This document shows, piece by piece, positions 49,293 through 58,844 of a stretch of DNA of 64,000 bases. The notes beneath the pieces are model-generated. The model was not told the DNA's origin and did no database searches. It saw only the letters and a program-made list of their open reading frames with translations. A program made the position numbers and the translations under genes. Source of the stretch: Rhodospirillaceae bacterium. Its GTDB lineage: Bacteria; Pseudomonadota; Alphaproteobacteria; Rhodospirillales; Rhodospirillaceae. The DNA lies in the NCBI GenBank assembly GCA_041913245.1, contig JAYSFT010000003.1:2181-66180 (forward strand), in the 5' to 3' direction. Position 1 is the first letter of the stretch. The number at the start of each line of letters is the position of its first letter.

Positions 49293-50654
49293 TCAGCGCC
49301 CCGCGCCGAGGATGAGGGCTTCCGGCGCGAGCTGCGCTGGTGTATGCGGCGCCGTGACCTTGTAGTGCACGGCTTCGTCGTTGAAGGCGAAGCCGAGCAC
49401 ATAGCCGCCCAGCACAAGATCATAGACGAACTGGCTGCCGAGGATGAGGGCGGGGGTCTCCGGCATGAGGTACATCGTGCCGTGGCCGACCTTCCACAAA
49501 CGCCCCTCCTCATCCCAGCTCTCGCTATACACCGCGAGCCAGGTGTCTTCGTCGATATAAAGACGCCGGCGGGGCGCGATATGCGATTTGCCCGGCGCGA
49601 GCGTGCCTTCCACCACCCACACGCGGTGCAGTTCGTATCGCAGGGCATCGGGGTTGGCGTGCCGGGGGCCGAGAACGTCACGCGACGGCGTCAAATAGAA
49701 ACGGTTGTTGTTGTAAGGCACATACATCTCGGCCTTGCCGACCAGCTTGAAGTCGTAGCGGTCGGGGCCGCCGAAAAAGATGTAATACTCATCGAGGGTC
49801 TGGAACCCGGAGGCGTCGGGATCGGGCGTATCATATGACAGCGACGGGCCACGCCGCGCGCGGCGCTCGCCGGGCAAATAGCGCCAGGCCGCGAAGCGGT
49901 CGCGCACGATGTTCAAAGGCTGCCAAGCCAGATAGCCCTCGCCGTATTTGCCGGCGGGCGCATCGAGGATGTGCAGCGTCTTATAGTAGTGAGCGCCGGC
50001 CGTGGCGGGCGTAGCGTTCGGATAGTAGTAGGGGAAGTCGGCGACTTCCTTGTAGCGCGCCGTCAGGTCGATCCGGCCGTTGGCCGAGACGACATAGGTG
50101 CTGAGCCGGGTTTCGCGGGCCGCGCCCCAAAAGGCGAGCAAATGGTTCCAGACCACTTCGTGGCCGTTTTTCGGAATCGGAAAAGGAATACCGGCCGCGG
50201 CGTTCGCGACGCCGTTCGCGATCCCTTCCGACGCCGCGCGGGCCCGCGTCGCGTTCAGGAAGACATTGTCATAGACATATTGGGGCGCCGCCGCGGAGCG
50301 CCGCGTGGGATAGATATCCATCCGGTATGTTGGATATTGCGCGAACAGCGCCTTCGCGCCTTCGGGCAGCTTGGCCGCGTGCCCGCCGGCATTCGCGGCG
50401 GTAATGGAAAACAGCGGCTTGTCGGCCGAAAAAGGATCGGGACGTTTGTCCCCTTGCCGAAATCCGGGATCGGCCCGCGTGTAGCCCCCGGTCCACTCCG
50501 GGATTGTGCCCGCGGCATTCCCCGCGCGCTCGGCACCCATCGGCGTCAGCGCCCCTTTCAGGGCCTCCGCCTCCCCCATGCTGGCCGCTCCGATGGCGCC
50601 CCCGGACGCAACCAGCAGCCCAAAAACGATAAAAAGCAGGCCGTTCCGAGCCAT
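49293..50654 (-). CDS. DUF1329 domain protein (periplasmic/outer-membrane associated)
   Basis: FAAWRYLPGERRARRGPSLSYDTPDPDASGFQTLDEYYIFFGGPDRYDFKLVGKAEMYVPYNN and HRVWVVEGTLAPG are DUF1329 strings. Start at ATG 50654 (MARNGLLFIVFGLLVA...). Confidence 0.85.
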   Translation of the reverse strand: MARNGLLFIVFGLLVASGGAIGAASMGEAEALKGALTPMGAERAGNAAGTIPEWTGGYTRADPGFRQGDKRPDPFSADKPLFSITAANAGGHAAKLPEGAKALFAQYPTYRMDIYPTRRSAAAPQYVYDNVFLNATRARAASEGIANGVANAAAGIPFPIPKNGHEVVWNHLLAFWGAARETRLSTYVVSANGRIDLTARYKEVADFPYYYPNATPATAGAHYYKTLHILDAPAGKYGEGYLAWQPLNIVRDRFAAWRYLPGERRARRGPSLSYDTPDPDASGFQTLDEYYIFFGGPDRYDFKLVGKAEMYVPYNNNRFYLTPSRDVLGPRHANPDALRYELHRVWVVEGTLAPGKSHIAPRRRLYIDEDTWLAVYSESWDEEGRLWKVGHGTMYLMPETPALILGSQFVYDLVLGGYVLGFAFNDEAVHYKVTAPHTPAQLAPEALILGAGR

Positions 50655-50727
50655 TCCCGCCCCCTCCGCCATGACCGGCGGATAAAGGCCATGATAAGGT
50701 GGGCGAAGGCGTTCAACCAGACCATAG

Positions 50728-52476
50728 ATGTTTGAGACACTTAGGACTTTGAGGAACTTGGGGACCTTGGGGGCGAGCGTGAGCGGGCGCAGGGCGAAAC
50801 GGCCCGCGCTTTTTTTGCTCATTGCAGCCCTTGTGGGGCGTACGGCCGCGGGATCGGCGGCCGAACTGGTCAACAACGGCGACACAGCCGTCCGTTGGGA
50901 CAATACGATCAAGTATAGCGCCGCCTACCGTTTGGGCGCCGCCGACGCCCGGCTTATTCAAAGTCCGAACGCCGACGACGGCGACCGCAACTTCCATGCG
51001 GGCGTGATCTCGAACCGTCTCGATATTCTCTCGGAACTCGACGCGAACTTCGGCCGCTGGGGCGCGTCGGTGAGCGCGGCGGCCTGGTACGACAATGCCT
51101 ACAACAACGCCCCCGACGCGGACACCTCGCCGCAGCGCGCGATATACCCGGTGCGCGATCACTTCTCGTCGGATGTACGCGATCTTCACGGACGCTACGT
51201 CGAACTGCTCAACGCCTTTGTCACGGGGAGCGCCGATCTCGGCGGCATGCCGGTGTCGCTGCGCGCGGGCCGCCATACCGTCCTATGGGGCGAGAGCCTG
51301 TTTTTCGCTGCAAACGGCATCGCGGCGGGCCAAGCCCCGATCGACACCATCAAGGCGATGAGCGTGCCTCTCTCCCGCGCCAAAGAAGTCTTCATGCCGG
51401 CCAACCAAGTCTCGCTGAGCGCGCAACCGCATCCGGGCATGGTGATCAACGCCTACTACCAGTTCGAATGGCGCAAGAGCCGGCTTCCCGGCGTCGGCAG
51501 TTATTTCAGCGCGGCCGATTTCGTGGATGCCGGCGGCTACCGGCTGTATGTCGGACGCAACCAGTATCTCGGCCGCGGGAGCAGTCAGGACGCGAAGGGC
51601 GGCGGGCAGTTCGGCCTCGCCGTGCGATTCATCCGGAACGACTTCGATGTGGGCTTATACGCGCTAAAGTACCATGCGAAAGAGCCGCAGCTCTACATGC
51701 GGCCCTATCCGCGCGCCGTGGCCGCAGCCGCGCGCGAACGCAGCGCCGAAGTCGAACGGCCCGCCGCTTACGGCTCCGCGCCGGGTGTTTATGCCGGTCC
51801 GTCCAATCCGCTGCAAAGCGATCCGATCTACGATTTCGGAACCGGCACCGGTGAAGTGGGCGACTACGTCTTCGTTTATCCGGAAAACATTCAGATTTAC
51901 GGCGCGAGCTTCAGCGGTTACCTCGGGGACAGCAACGTCGCCGCGGAAATTTCCATGCGCCGGCGGGCGCCGCTGGCGAGCAAGGCCCTGCTGATCACCG
52001 GCGGCGCGTCCTGGGATGCCGACAAGAACGCCCTGTTCGCACGCGGCGACACGCTGCACGCCCAAGCTTCGATCGTCAGCTCCTTCGCGCCCAACCGCGC
52101 CTGGGACAGCGCCTCGTTCAGCGCCGAGATCGCCGCCAATTCGCGTCTCAAGCTGACGCATAACGCCGCGATGTTCGACGATAGCCGCACGCGATCCTAC
52201 GTCGGTGGGCGCGCCTTGTTCGAGCCGATCTACTTCGCCGTGTTTCCGGGCATGGATATTTCCGTTCCCCTGAGCGTCGGCTACGGGCTGGCGGGACGTT
52301 CGAGCGTGGATTCCGGGCAGGTGTCCAAAGCGGGGAGTTTCGAACTGGGTTTATCGGCCACGTATCGCGCGGTGTGGCGCGGCAGCCTGACCCTTACGCG
52401 TTTCCTGGGCGCGCCCGACCGCCAGCCGTTCGCCGACCGGCATTTCGTGTCGCTGAGTATCCAGACGACCTTTTAG
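50728..52476 (+). CDS. DUF1302 domain outer-membrane protein
   Basis: VRWDNTIKYSAAYRLGAADARLIQSPNADDGDRNFHAGVISNRLDILSELD, LRAGRHTVLWGESLFF and a terminal ...HFVSLSIQTTF are beta-barrel/DUF1302 hallmarks. Divergent from DUF1329, which is the usual pairing. Confidence 0.85.
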   Translation: MFETLRTLRNLGTLGASVSGRRAKRPALFLLIAALVGRTAAGSAAELVNNGDTAVRWDNTIKYSAAYRLGAADARLIQSPNADDGDRNFHAGVISNRLDILSELDANFGRWGASVSAAAWYDNAYNNAPDADTSPQRAIYPVRDHFSSDVRDLHGRYVELLNAFVTGSADLGGMPVSLRAGRHTVLWGESLFFAANGIAAGQAPIDTIKAMSVPLSRAKEVFMPANQVSLSAQPHPGMVINAYYQFEWRKSRLPGVGSYFSAADFVDAGGYRLYVGRNQYLGRGSSQDAKGGGQFGLAVRFIRNDFDVGLYALKYHAKEPQLYMRPYPRAVAAAARERSAEVERPAAYGSAPGVYAGPSNPLQSDPIYDFGTGTGEVGDYVFVYPENIQIYGASFSGYLGDSNVAAEISMRRRAPLASKALLITGGASWDADKNALFARGDTLHAQASIVSSFAPNRAWDSASFSAEIAANSRLKLTHNAAMFDDSRTRSYVGGRALFEPIYFAVFPGMDISVPLSVGYGLAGRSSVDSGQVSKAGSFELGLSATYRAVWRGSLTLTRFLGAPDRQPFADRHFVSLSIQTTF

Positions 52477-53028
52477 TCAGAGCCGCGTGACATATCCGTC
52501 GAGCTTGGACTCGCGCGGCACGCCCGACGTCTCCGGCGCGCCAAGGTACAAGTATCCAACAACATGATCGTCGGGACCGAAGCCGATGGCTTTCTTGACC
52601 TCGGGATCGTAGGCGGCCTGGCCGGTCTTCCACATCGTGCCAAGGCCGAGCGCGTGCGCGGCAAGCACCATGTTCTGGAACGCCGCCCCCACGGCGACGA
52701 TGCGCTCGATCTCGGGGATCTTTCCCGGCGGCGCGGTATGCGCCGCGACCGCGACGATGGTGGGAGCGCGCATGACCTTCAAGCCTTCCTTCAGCACCTC
52801 GTCTTCGGTGGCATCCGGAGAAAGCCGGCGGCGCAGCGCGCTCATGGCGGCGCCGAGGATCTTGCGCCGGTCGCCTTCCAGCACCACGAAGCGCCACGGC
52901 GAAAGCCGCCCATGGTCGGGAGCGCGGACGCCGGCCTTCAGGATGATGTCGAGTTGTTCGCGGGTCGGTCCCGGCGCGGCAAGCTTGATGGCCGACGCGC
53001 GGCTGGTGATGGCGGTGAGAACGTCCAT
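52477..53028 (-). CDS. Nitroreductase family protein
   Basis: MDVLTAITSRASAIKLAAPGPTREQLDIILKAGVRAPDHGRLSPWRFVVL... and AVGAAFQNMVLAAHALGLGTMW. Confidence 0.85.
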   Translation of the reverse strand: MDVLTAITSRASAIKLAAPGPTREQLDIILKAGVRAPDHGRLSPWRFVVLEGDRRKILGAAMSALRRRLSPDATEDEVLKEGLKVMRAPTIVAVAAHTAPPGKIPEIERIVAVGAAFQNMVLAAHALGLGTMWKTGQAAYDPEVKKAIGFGPDDHVVGYLYLGAPETSGVPRESKLDGYVTRL

Positions 53029-53074
53029 GAGGTCCCTCGTGTTCAAGCGCCTTATATATGAGGACCCGGCGGAC

Positions 53075-53099
53075 AAAAAAAGACCCGCCGAAGCGGGTC
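53075..53099 (-). terminator. Rho-independent terminator for the 58.7-53.2 kb minus-strand operon
   Basis: Stem GACCCGC(53082-53088)/GCGGGTC(53093-53099) with loop CGAA. On the minus strand an A7 run (53075-53081) gives the U-tract. Confidence 0.65.
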
Positions 53100-53105
53100 C
53101 TTATT

Positions 53106-53148
53106 CTAGGGTGTGTTGAAGTCATGTCGAATCGCCAACACGCCCTAG
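53106..53148 (-). other. 13-bp stem-loop in the 3' UTR between the last operon gene and its terminator
   Basis: CTAGGGTGTGTTG(53106-53118) pairs with CAACACGCCCTAG(53136-53148), with one G-U pair and a 17-nt loop. The segment has locally low GC. Confidence 0.4.
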
Positions 53149-53252
53149 AGTCTTGTTTGGTCGCACGTTCTACGGCGAACCGCGCCGGCGAAAACCGGCC
53201 CCTAAAAGAGGCGCGCCTCCGCGCGCAGCACTTCGCCGGAACGTGCTCACAG

Positions 53253-54587
53253 CTAGGGCGGCATCGCCGCCCAATAGAGGGCCGCGACGGCGTTATATTG
53301 CGTGCCGATGTCCACGACGCTGTCCGTGCGCGCGGTCAGGCTGATGAAATTGTGCCAGTCGTCTTCGGCCATGATGTCGCCCGGCTTTGTATCTCCGTCA
53401 TAGGTCCACAAGGCATAACCGACATAGGCCCATTGCTTCCTGCCGTCGGCGCGGGTGTAGACGCTCCAATCGCCTTGCGGAACGGCGTCGTCCGGCGCCA
53501 GGAAGGGATGCCACATCTCGCACGCCTTCACGCAGCGCGGCTCGGTGCCGATGTCGCGGCCGACCGCGGCCCGGATCAGCACGCCCCGGCGCTGGCCATG
53601 ACCGCTGCCTGATTGGAAGATATAGGAGTCCCGGCGATAGAGCGTCTTTCCATCCGCGTTCGCCAGCACACGGCCGATGCGGTGACTTTCCTGGAACGTG
53701 ACTCCCGCGGGCATGAAGTTGCGCGCGACGAAAGCGATATTCCAGTCGGGATGAACGCCGCGCCCATTGGCGTCGCCGGCGGCGAGATCGCCCGCGTAGG
53801 TGTAGAGACCGAGCCCCTTGTAAGTCCACTGGCGGATCCCGTCGGCGCGGTCGACAGGCACGAAGTCGCCTTTGGCGGCGGCGAGTTGGGGCGCGGTCAT
53901 GGCGCGCCACGGACAAGGCGCCTTGCAGGCCGCACTTTCTCGGCCCGCCTCGCCCGTAAACACATAGAGCGTCCAATTGCGGTCGTTCAGGAGGGTAAGG
54001 CCACCAGCATCCTGCACGTCACGCACGCCGAAGTCGGCGGGAATACCTTCGAGGCCCGCCGGATAATGCAGCGCGGCCTTCCAGCCGGCGGGCAGCGGAA
54101 CGTCGTCCGTAATCTTCGCGAGGCGCGCGCCGCGCTCGCCGATCTGCGGTCCGCGCCCGTAACGCTTCGGGCTGTTGCCGCCCACGGAGCCCGGATCGAC
54201 ATCCTCGACGTAGGTATAGAGCGGCTTGCCGCTCAGCGCCCACTGTTTGGACCCGTCGGCGCGCGTGACAAGCGACCACATCCCGACCGGCTCGGCGTTC
54301 GGCAACGCCAGCGCGGGCCGCCACTCCCGGGCGCAGTCCCCGACGCATGTCGACGCGCCGGCGGGGTCTTTCGCGTAGGTATAGAGCGTCATGCCGCGCG
54401 AGTCGGCATAAGCGGTCTGGCCGCGCCCGGAAAGCGCGGCGCTTTCCTGGTCCATGCCATATCCGGCGTGCTTGCCGAGGGACTGGATGGTGATGCCTTT
54501 CGGTGTGGAAAGCGGTGCGAACTCATCCACGTTCGCGGCGGACAGCGCGGCGACGGATAGGACCGCGGCGAAGATGTTCTTGTGCAT
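53253..54587 (-). CDS. Secreted protein with COG4315/PF03640-type repeats (Yx(F/W/Y)xxD motif family)
   Basis: Signal peptide MHKNIFAAVLSVAALSA. Repeated strings are GMTLYTYAKDPAGASTCVGDCAREWRP, GKPLYTYVEDV, NWTLYVFTGEAGRESAACKAPCPWRA, GLGLYTYAGD and YALWTYDGD. Confidence 0.7.
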   Translation of the reverse strand: MHKNIFAAVLSVAALSAANVDEFAPLSTPKGITIQSLGKHAGYGMDQESAALSGRGQTAYADSRGMTLYTYAKDPAGASTCVGDCAREWRPALALPNAEPVGMWSLVTRADGSKQWALSGKPLYTYVEDVDPGSVGGNSPKRYGRGPQIGERGARLAKITDDVPLPAGWKAALHYPAGLEGIPADFGVRDVQDAGGLTLLNDRNWTLYVFTGEAGRESAACKAPCPWRAMTAPQLAAAKGDFVPVDRADGIRQWTYKGLGLYTYAGDLAAGDANGRGVHPDWNIAFVARNFMPAGVTFQESHRIGRVLANADGKTLYRRDSYIFQSGSGHGQRRGVLIRAAVGRDIGTEPRCVKACEMWHPFLAPDDAVPQGDWSVYTRADGRKQWAYVGYALWTYDGDTKPGDIMAEDDWHNFISLTARTDSVVDIGTQYNAVAALYWAAMPP

Positions 54588-54589
54588 CG

Positions 54590-55909
54590 CTAGACCATGA
54601 TTTCGCTGATGGTGCGCGAGGTGCCGTTGCTGCGCTCGCCCCAGGAATTGACGGGAACGCCGAAGGCCTGCATGACCGAGAGGCTGACGCGCGTGACGGG
54701 ATCGCCGGAGGCGAGCACATGGATCCCCGTCCTGACGCGCTTTCCGGCGCTGCCCACCGTGATGAGCGGCACCTTTTCCAGCCCGTGGACACGCGCGTCG
54801 GAATGATCGGTCTGCCAGAGGATCAGCGTACGATCGAGCAGAGAACCGGGGCCTTCCTTCACGGCGTCCAGGGTTTTCAGGAAGTCGAGGAACACGAGGT
54901 TGGCCCAGGTGTTGAACTCGAAGACGTCCTTCTGGTAGCCGAGCGATTCATCGACGGACTCCTCGTGGGTGGCCATGTGCCAGGTGTAAGCGCTGCCGGC
55001 CTTGCGCAGATTCATGGAATCGACCATGACGTTGAACACCTGGCTTTGGCCGCAGGCTGCCGCATAGCCGAGCAATCCGGCGAACAGCTTGGAGTTCTGC
55101 GCCGCATCTTCCAAGACCGTACCGGGCGCGGCCTCCTTGACGGCCTCGGGCACACGGCAGGCCGGCAGCGGCGCGGGTTTCTCCAGCTCGATGGCGAGCT
55201 GCTGCTCGATCTGCCGGATCGAGGTGAGATATTCGTCGAGGCGCCTCTTGTCCGCGGCGCCAAGTTCCTTGCGCGTCTCGTTCAGATGCTCCGACACATT
55301 TGAAAGCACGCTTTTGCGCGCCATGGCCATCGGATCGGGCTCGAAGGTCGCCGCATTGGGGTCCTTGAATTCCGGCCCGAAGATGCGGGTATAGAGCGAT
55401 GTCGGCGACGGTTCCGACGGATTGAGCGAGGCGCCGCTGCGCTGGCTATAACTTTTGCGCGCACCGCTGAGGTTCACTTCCAGCGAGCGGAATCGTCGGC
55501 GCGAACCGATCTGCTCGGCGATCTTCGCATCGACGCTGGGCCCGCCTTCCGTGCCGAAGGGGATCGCCCCGGTGGTTGCGATCTGCGAGGTGGTCGTATG
55601 GGTCTGCAGCGGGCGGCCTTCGATGAAGTACTTCATGCCGCTGAAGATGTTCATGCGGTCGCGGTACGGGTCGAGCACCTTCAGTTGGATGTTGTTCTCG
55701 AAACCGGGGCCGATGACCTTCGGCTCCCACATGCCGGGATTGAGGCCCAGGTGCTGGAACCAGGTCCCGAACACGGGCGGCAGAGCCTGACCGTTGTCGG
55801 CCCAGGCGTCGCCGTGGGTATTGAGGAAACAATCGAGCACCGGCAATCCGACGGTGACGACACCGCCGCCCATCAAGCCGCGAAGAACGGTTCTACGGTT
55901 GGTCTTCAT
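54590..55909 (-). CDS. DUF1552 domain protein
   Basis: MKTNRRTVLRGLMGGGVVTVGLPVLDCFLN is the typical DUF1552 N-terminus. Also WQTDHSDARVHG. Overlaps the upstream gene by 4 nt. Confidence 0.85.
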   Translation of the reverse strand: MKTNRRTVLRGLMGGGVVTVGLPVLDCFLNTHGDAWADNGQALPPVFGTWFQHLGLNPGMWEPKVIGPGFENNIQLKVLDPYRDRMNIFSGMKYFIEGRPLQTHTTTSQIATTGAIPFGTEGGPSVDAKIAEQIGSRRRFRSLEVNLSGARKSYSQRSGASLNPSEPSPTSLYTRIFGPEFKDPNAATFEPDPMAMARKSVLSNVSEHLNETRKELGAADKRRLDEYLTSIRQIEQQLAIELEKPAPLPACRVPEAVKEAAPGTVLEDAAQNSKLFAGLLGYAAACGQSQVFNVMVDSMNLRKAGSAYTWHMATHEESVDESLGYQKDVFEFNTWANLVFLDFLKTLDAVKEGPGSLLDRTLILWQTDHSDARVHGLEKVPLITVGSAGKRVRTGIHVLASGDPVTRVSLSVMQAFGVPVNSWGERSNGTSRTISEIMV

Positions 55910-57576
55910 CTGGAGCCCTCCACCGAGGTGCGAAGCGCGGCATCCGTCCGAGGTTCAAGGATCGGCGCGGCGCGGTAGAATTCGGGACTGGTCGCGATGC
56001 GGCGCATCAGCGCGGGCACCACATAGTTGTCGGCTGCGAAATCCTGCTTGAGCGGCGCGACCCATGCGGCGGCTTCCGCTCTCGCCGGAGTCCGGCCCAA
56101 CGCATAGGCGCTGATCCGGTCGACGAGGCAGGAACTGGCGACGGAATTGTCATGGACCGCCCGGCCGAGGTCCGCGCCGTTGGTGAACTTCACGCCGTCG
56201 AGTTCGCCGGCGGTGTCGAGCGGAACGCCATTCTCCGCCGTGCGATAGGAACCTCCGCCGTCAAAATTCTCCAGGGCAAGCCCCATGGGATCGGTGATCT
56301 TGTGACACCCCGCGCAGACCGGGTTCGCCGCGTGCGCCTTGAGGCGCTCACGCGCCGTTCTGTAGACCGGGTTCGACGTGTCCTGAACGATGGTGAAACT
56401 CACGTTGCCGGGCGGCGCGGGCACTTTCTGGCACAGGAAAATCTCGCGCAACGCCTTACCGCGCAGAGTCGGGGAACTGCGGCCCGGATGCGAGTGCAGG
56501 GTCACGAAGGCGACTTGCATCAGAACGCCGCCGCGCGGATCGTTCGCCGCGAACTCGTAGGGCAGCCATTTCTCCGGCGCGCCGTTCGGAACGCGCACCG
56601 CCAGGGGCACCTGATAGATTGCCGCAAGCGGCCGGGTGAGGTGGGTTTTCTTGGTCGTGAAAATGTCGCGATAGTCCCCCCGTTCATTCAGCACCACGTC
56701 GACGATGGTGCGCAGGGTCTGCTCCTGCGCGTCTTCGGCGACCTGGGCACTGAATTTCGGATAGATCGCGTTGTCCTTGGTGAGCGTGCCGAAATCCTCG
56801 AAATGGAGCATGTCCGCGAAGAACGCGCGCAACCCGCTTTCCAGGCGCGGCGAGGCGATCATGCGGTCCACCTGCCGGGCCAACCCTTGCGGCGTGTCCA
56901 GTTCGCCTTTGCGCGCCGCCGCGAACAGAGCGCGATCCGGCCCGGCGTTCCAAAGGAAGAAGCTCAAGCGCGAAGCCTTGGCGTAAGCGTCGAGACGCAA
57001 CTCGCCGCGCCGGTCGGGATCGGCTTCAAAATTTTCCTGGCGAAAAAGGAATTGCGGTTCCGACAGCATCGCCGCCAGCGACAGGCCGAGGCCGGCATAG
57101 AAGTCCTTGAGGCCGGCGGCCGCTTCGCGCGCGGAGCGCACATGCAGCCGCAGTTCGCGGTCGCTGAGCGGACGGCGGAACAGAAGTTCGCCGACCTCGG
57201 TCAGGAACTGACCGGCACAGGCATCGTCCGGCGCCGCCGCCGACTTCGGTTTGCAGCGAACCATGAGCTCGCGGCGCTGTTCGTCCAGCACCTGGGCCGC
57301 AATGGAGCGCGCGATGACGTCGTATTGCTCCATGCCCGAGGGCGAGATGTTGGCCTGGCTGGCGCCGACCTCCAAAAGCCCGTCGATGCGGAAACCCGGA
57401 TCGAAACGGCCGCCGATCTTGATGGCCGAGCCGAACACGTCGGCGATGATCTGGGTGTATTGCTCCGGCGTCAGGCGGCGGGCGGGCGTCTCGCGGTCGG
57501 GCGCCGCCGCGTGTGAGGCCGAGAGCCCCAGCGCCAGGGCCGCAATCGACCCGATCAGAAACCGGCGTAATGTCAT
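55906..57576 (-). CDS. DUF1592/DUF1588/DUF1585-type protein with one c-haem-like CXXCH
   Basis: Signal peptide. Contains LSFFLWNAGPD, MLHFEDFG and NPVCAGCHKITDPMGLALENFDGGGSYR. This is the canonical partner of DUF1552. Confidence 0.85.
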   Translation of the reverse strand: MTLRRFLIGSIAALALGLSASHAAAPDRETPARRLTPEQYTQIIADVFGSAIKIGGRFDPGFRIDGLLEVGASQANISPSGMEQYDVIARSIAAQVLDEQRRELMVRCKPKSAAAPDDACAGQFLTEVGELLFRRPLSDRELRLHVRSAREAAAGLKDFYAGLGLSLAAMLSEPQFLFRQENFEADPDRRGELRLDAYAKASRLSFFLWNAGPDRALFAAARKGELDTPQGLARQVDRMIASPRLESGLRAFFADMLHFEDFGTLTKDNAIYPKFSAQVAEDAQEQTLRTIVDVVLNERGDYRDIFTTKKTHLTRPLAAIYQVPLAVRVPNGAPEKWLPYEFAANDPRGGVLMQVAFVTLHSHPGRSSPTLRGKALREIFLCQKVPAPPGNVSFTIVQDTSNPVYRTARERLKAHAANPVCAGCHKITDPMGLALENFDGGGSYRTAENGVPLDTAGELDGVKFTNGADLGRAVHDNSVASSCLVDRISAYALGRTPARAEAAAWVAPLKQDFAADNYVVPALMRRIATSPEFYRAAPILEPRTDAALRTSVEGSR

Positions 57577-57591
57577 ACGCTCAACGTCCCC

Positions 57592-58710
57592 CTACTTCGC
57601 CTCATCCGCCGGAACGACGAACACCGGCACGGCCTCGATATGATAGGCCGCGGAGATCGCCTGGTTCTGGCCGTCCTTGTCGGGACCGGCGTCCGCGTAG
57701 CGCTTCATCAGGTAATAGACTCCGGGGATGTCGTTGATGATCATCCCCTCGTAGGCGAGACCGCCCTGCGCGATGGCGAAATAAATGTCGCCCCACGGCT
57801 GATAGCCGCCGATGAAGCCGTTGAGCCGGCCGCCGGGTTCGATGGCCATGCGCAGGTGCGTATGGGACAGGCGGAACTCCGTGAACGAAAGCGTGTCCAG
57901 GAGCAGCTGAACATTGCCGTGTTCCGTGATCGTGAGCTGCTTGTTCCTGATCTCGCCCTTGAGCACATGATGCGAGCGGGGATCGGGATCGGCGCGATAG
58001 GTGGTATCGGGGGTCACGTCGCCGCCCGGACCGAAGACCAGCTGCTCGACCGCGCGGTCGAAGGTGATGGTGACGGGGCCGTCCTTGTCCAGATCCTCGC
58101 CGCTCACGGTCATGAGCCAGGCGGGGATCGTCTCCTTCATGGAGCCCCAAATGAAATCCCAGAAGGTCGGACGGAAATTGAACGTGCCGCGGAACTGTTC
58201 GATACAGCCGAGCGCGCGGAAAAGCTGGTTGTCGATCCCCTTCTCCTTGGTCATCGGCTCGGTGAAGGAATTGGGCCCGGCTTTGTTGTCGAGGTTGAAG
58301 CCGAAGGAATAAAGACCGCTCACGCCTTTCAGCTTGGGATCCGTCACCGCCCAGGGATGCACGAAGGCGTTCACGGGCCGGCCGTTGATGCGCCCGCGCA
58401 TGCGCAACTTGTCACGCGCGTTCGCCGCGGCGATGTCGTCTTCGCCGGCGTAGTCGTCCATCAGTTTTTTGACATCCGCGGGCGAATAGCCGAGCAGTTC
58501 AAAGGACTTTGCGTATTGCTCGCGGGTCGGCGGGTTGACGCCGCCCACGCAGTCGCCGTCCTGGGAGTAGCTGCCCAGGCTGAACCACTCGATGGCGTAA
58601 CTGCGGCTTTCGAGCGCGTGAGCGGACGACCCCGCGCCGATCATCACGGCCGCGAGCGCGAACGCCTGCAGCCCCTTCCCATGGCCTTTGGTCACTCCCG
58701 GTCCTCCCAT
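57592..58710 (-). CDS. Hypothetical secreted protein
   Basis: Start taken at ATG 58710 (GGAGGG Shine-Dalgarno): MGGPGVTKGHGKGLQAFALAAVMIGAGSSAHA. No family recognised. First gene of the DUF1592/DUF1552 operon. Confidence 0.55.
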   Translation of the reverse strand: MGGPGVTKGHGKGLQAFALAAVMIGAGSSAHALESRSYAIEWFSLGSYSQDGDCVGGVNPPTREQYAKSFELLGYSPADVKKLMDDYAGEDDIAAANARDKLRMRGRINGRPVNAFVHPWAVTDPKLKGVSGLYSFGFNLDNKAGPNSFTEPMTKEKGIDNQLFRALGCIEQFRGTFNFRPTFWDFIWGSMKETIPAWLMTVSGEDLDKDGPVTITFDRAVEQLVFGPGGDVTPDTTYRADPDPRSHHVLKGEIRNKQLTITEHGNVQLLLDTLSFTEFRLSHTHLRMAIEPGGRLNGFIGGYQPWGDIYFAIAQGGLAYEGMIINDIPGVYYLMKRYADAGPDKDGQNQAISAAYHIEAVPVFVVPADEAK

Positions 58711-58760
58711 GCGCCGGGGCCCTCCTCCGAGGCCCGTGCAATGGGAGGAAGTGTACATCA

Positions 58761-58803
58761 AAAAGGCCGGATCGCACCTCTTATGAGGGCGATCCGGCCT
58801 TTT
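58761..58803. terminator. Bidirectional rho-independent terminator after the TonB-dependent receptor gene
   Basis: 11-bp stem GGCCGGATCGC(58765-58775)/GCGATCCGGCC(58789-58799), flanked by AAAA (58761-58764) and TTTT (58800-58803). Confidence 0.65.
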
Positions 58804-58844
58804 GCGAAATCACTGAAAAACCGCGTGTTTCAGGCGGAAGCGGC

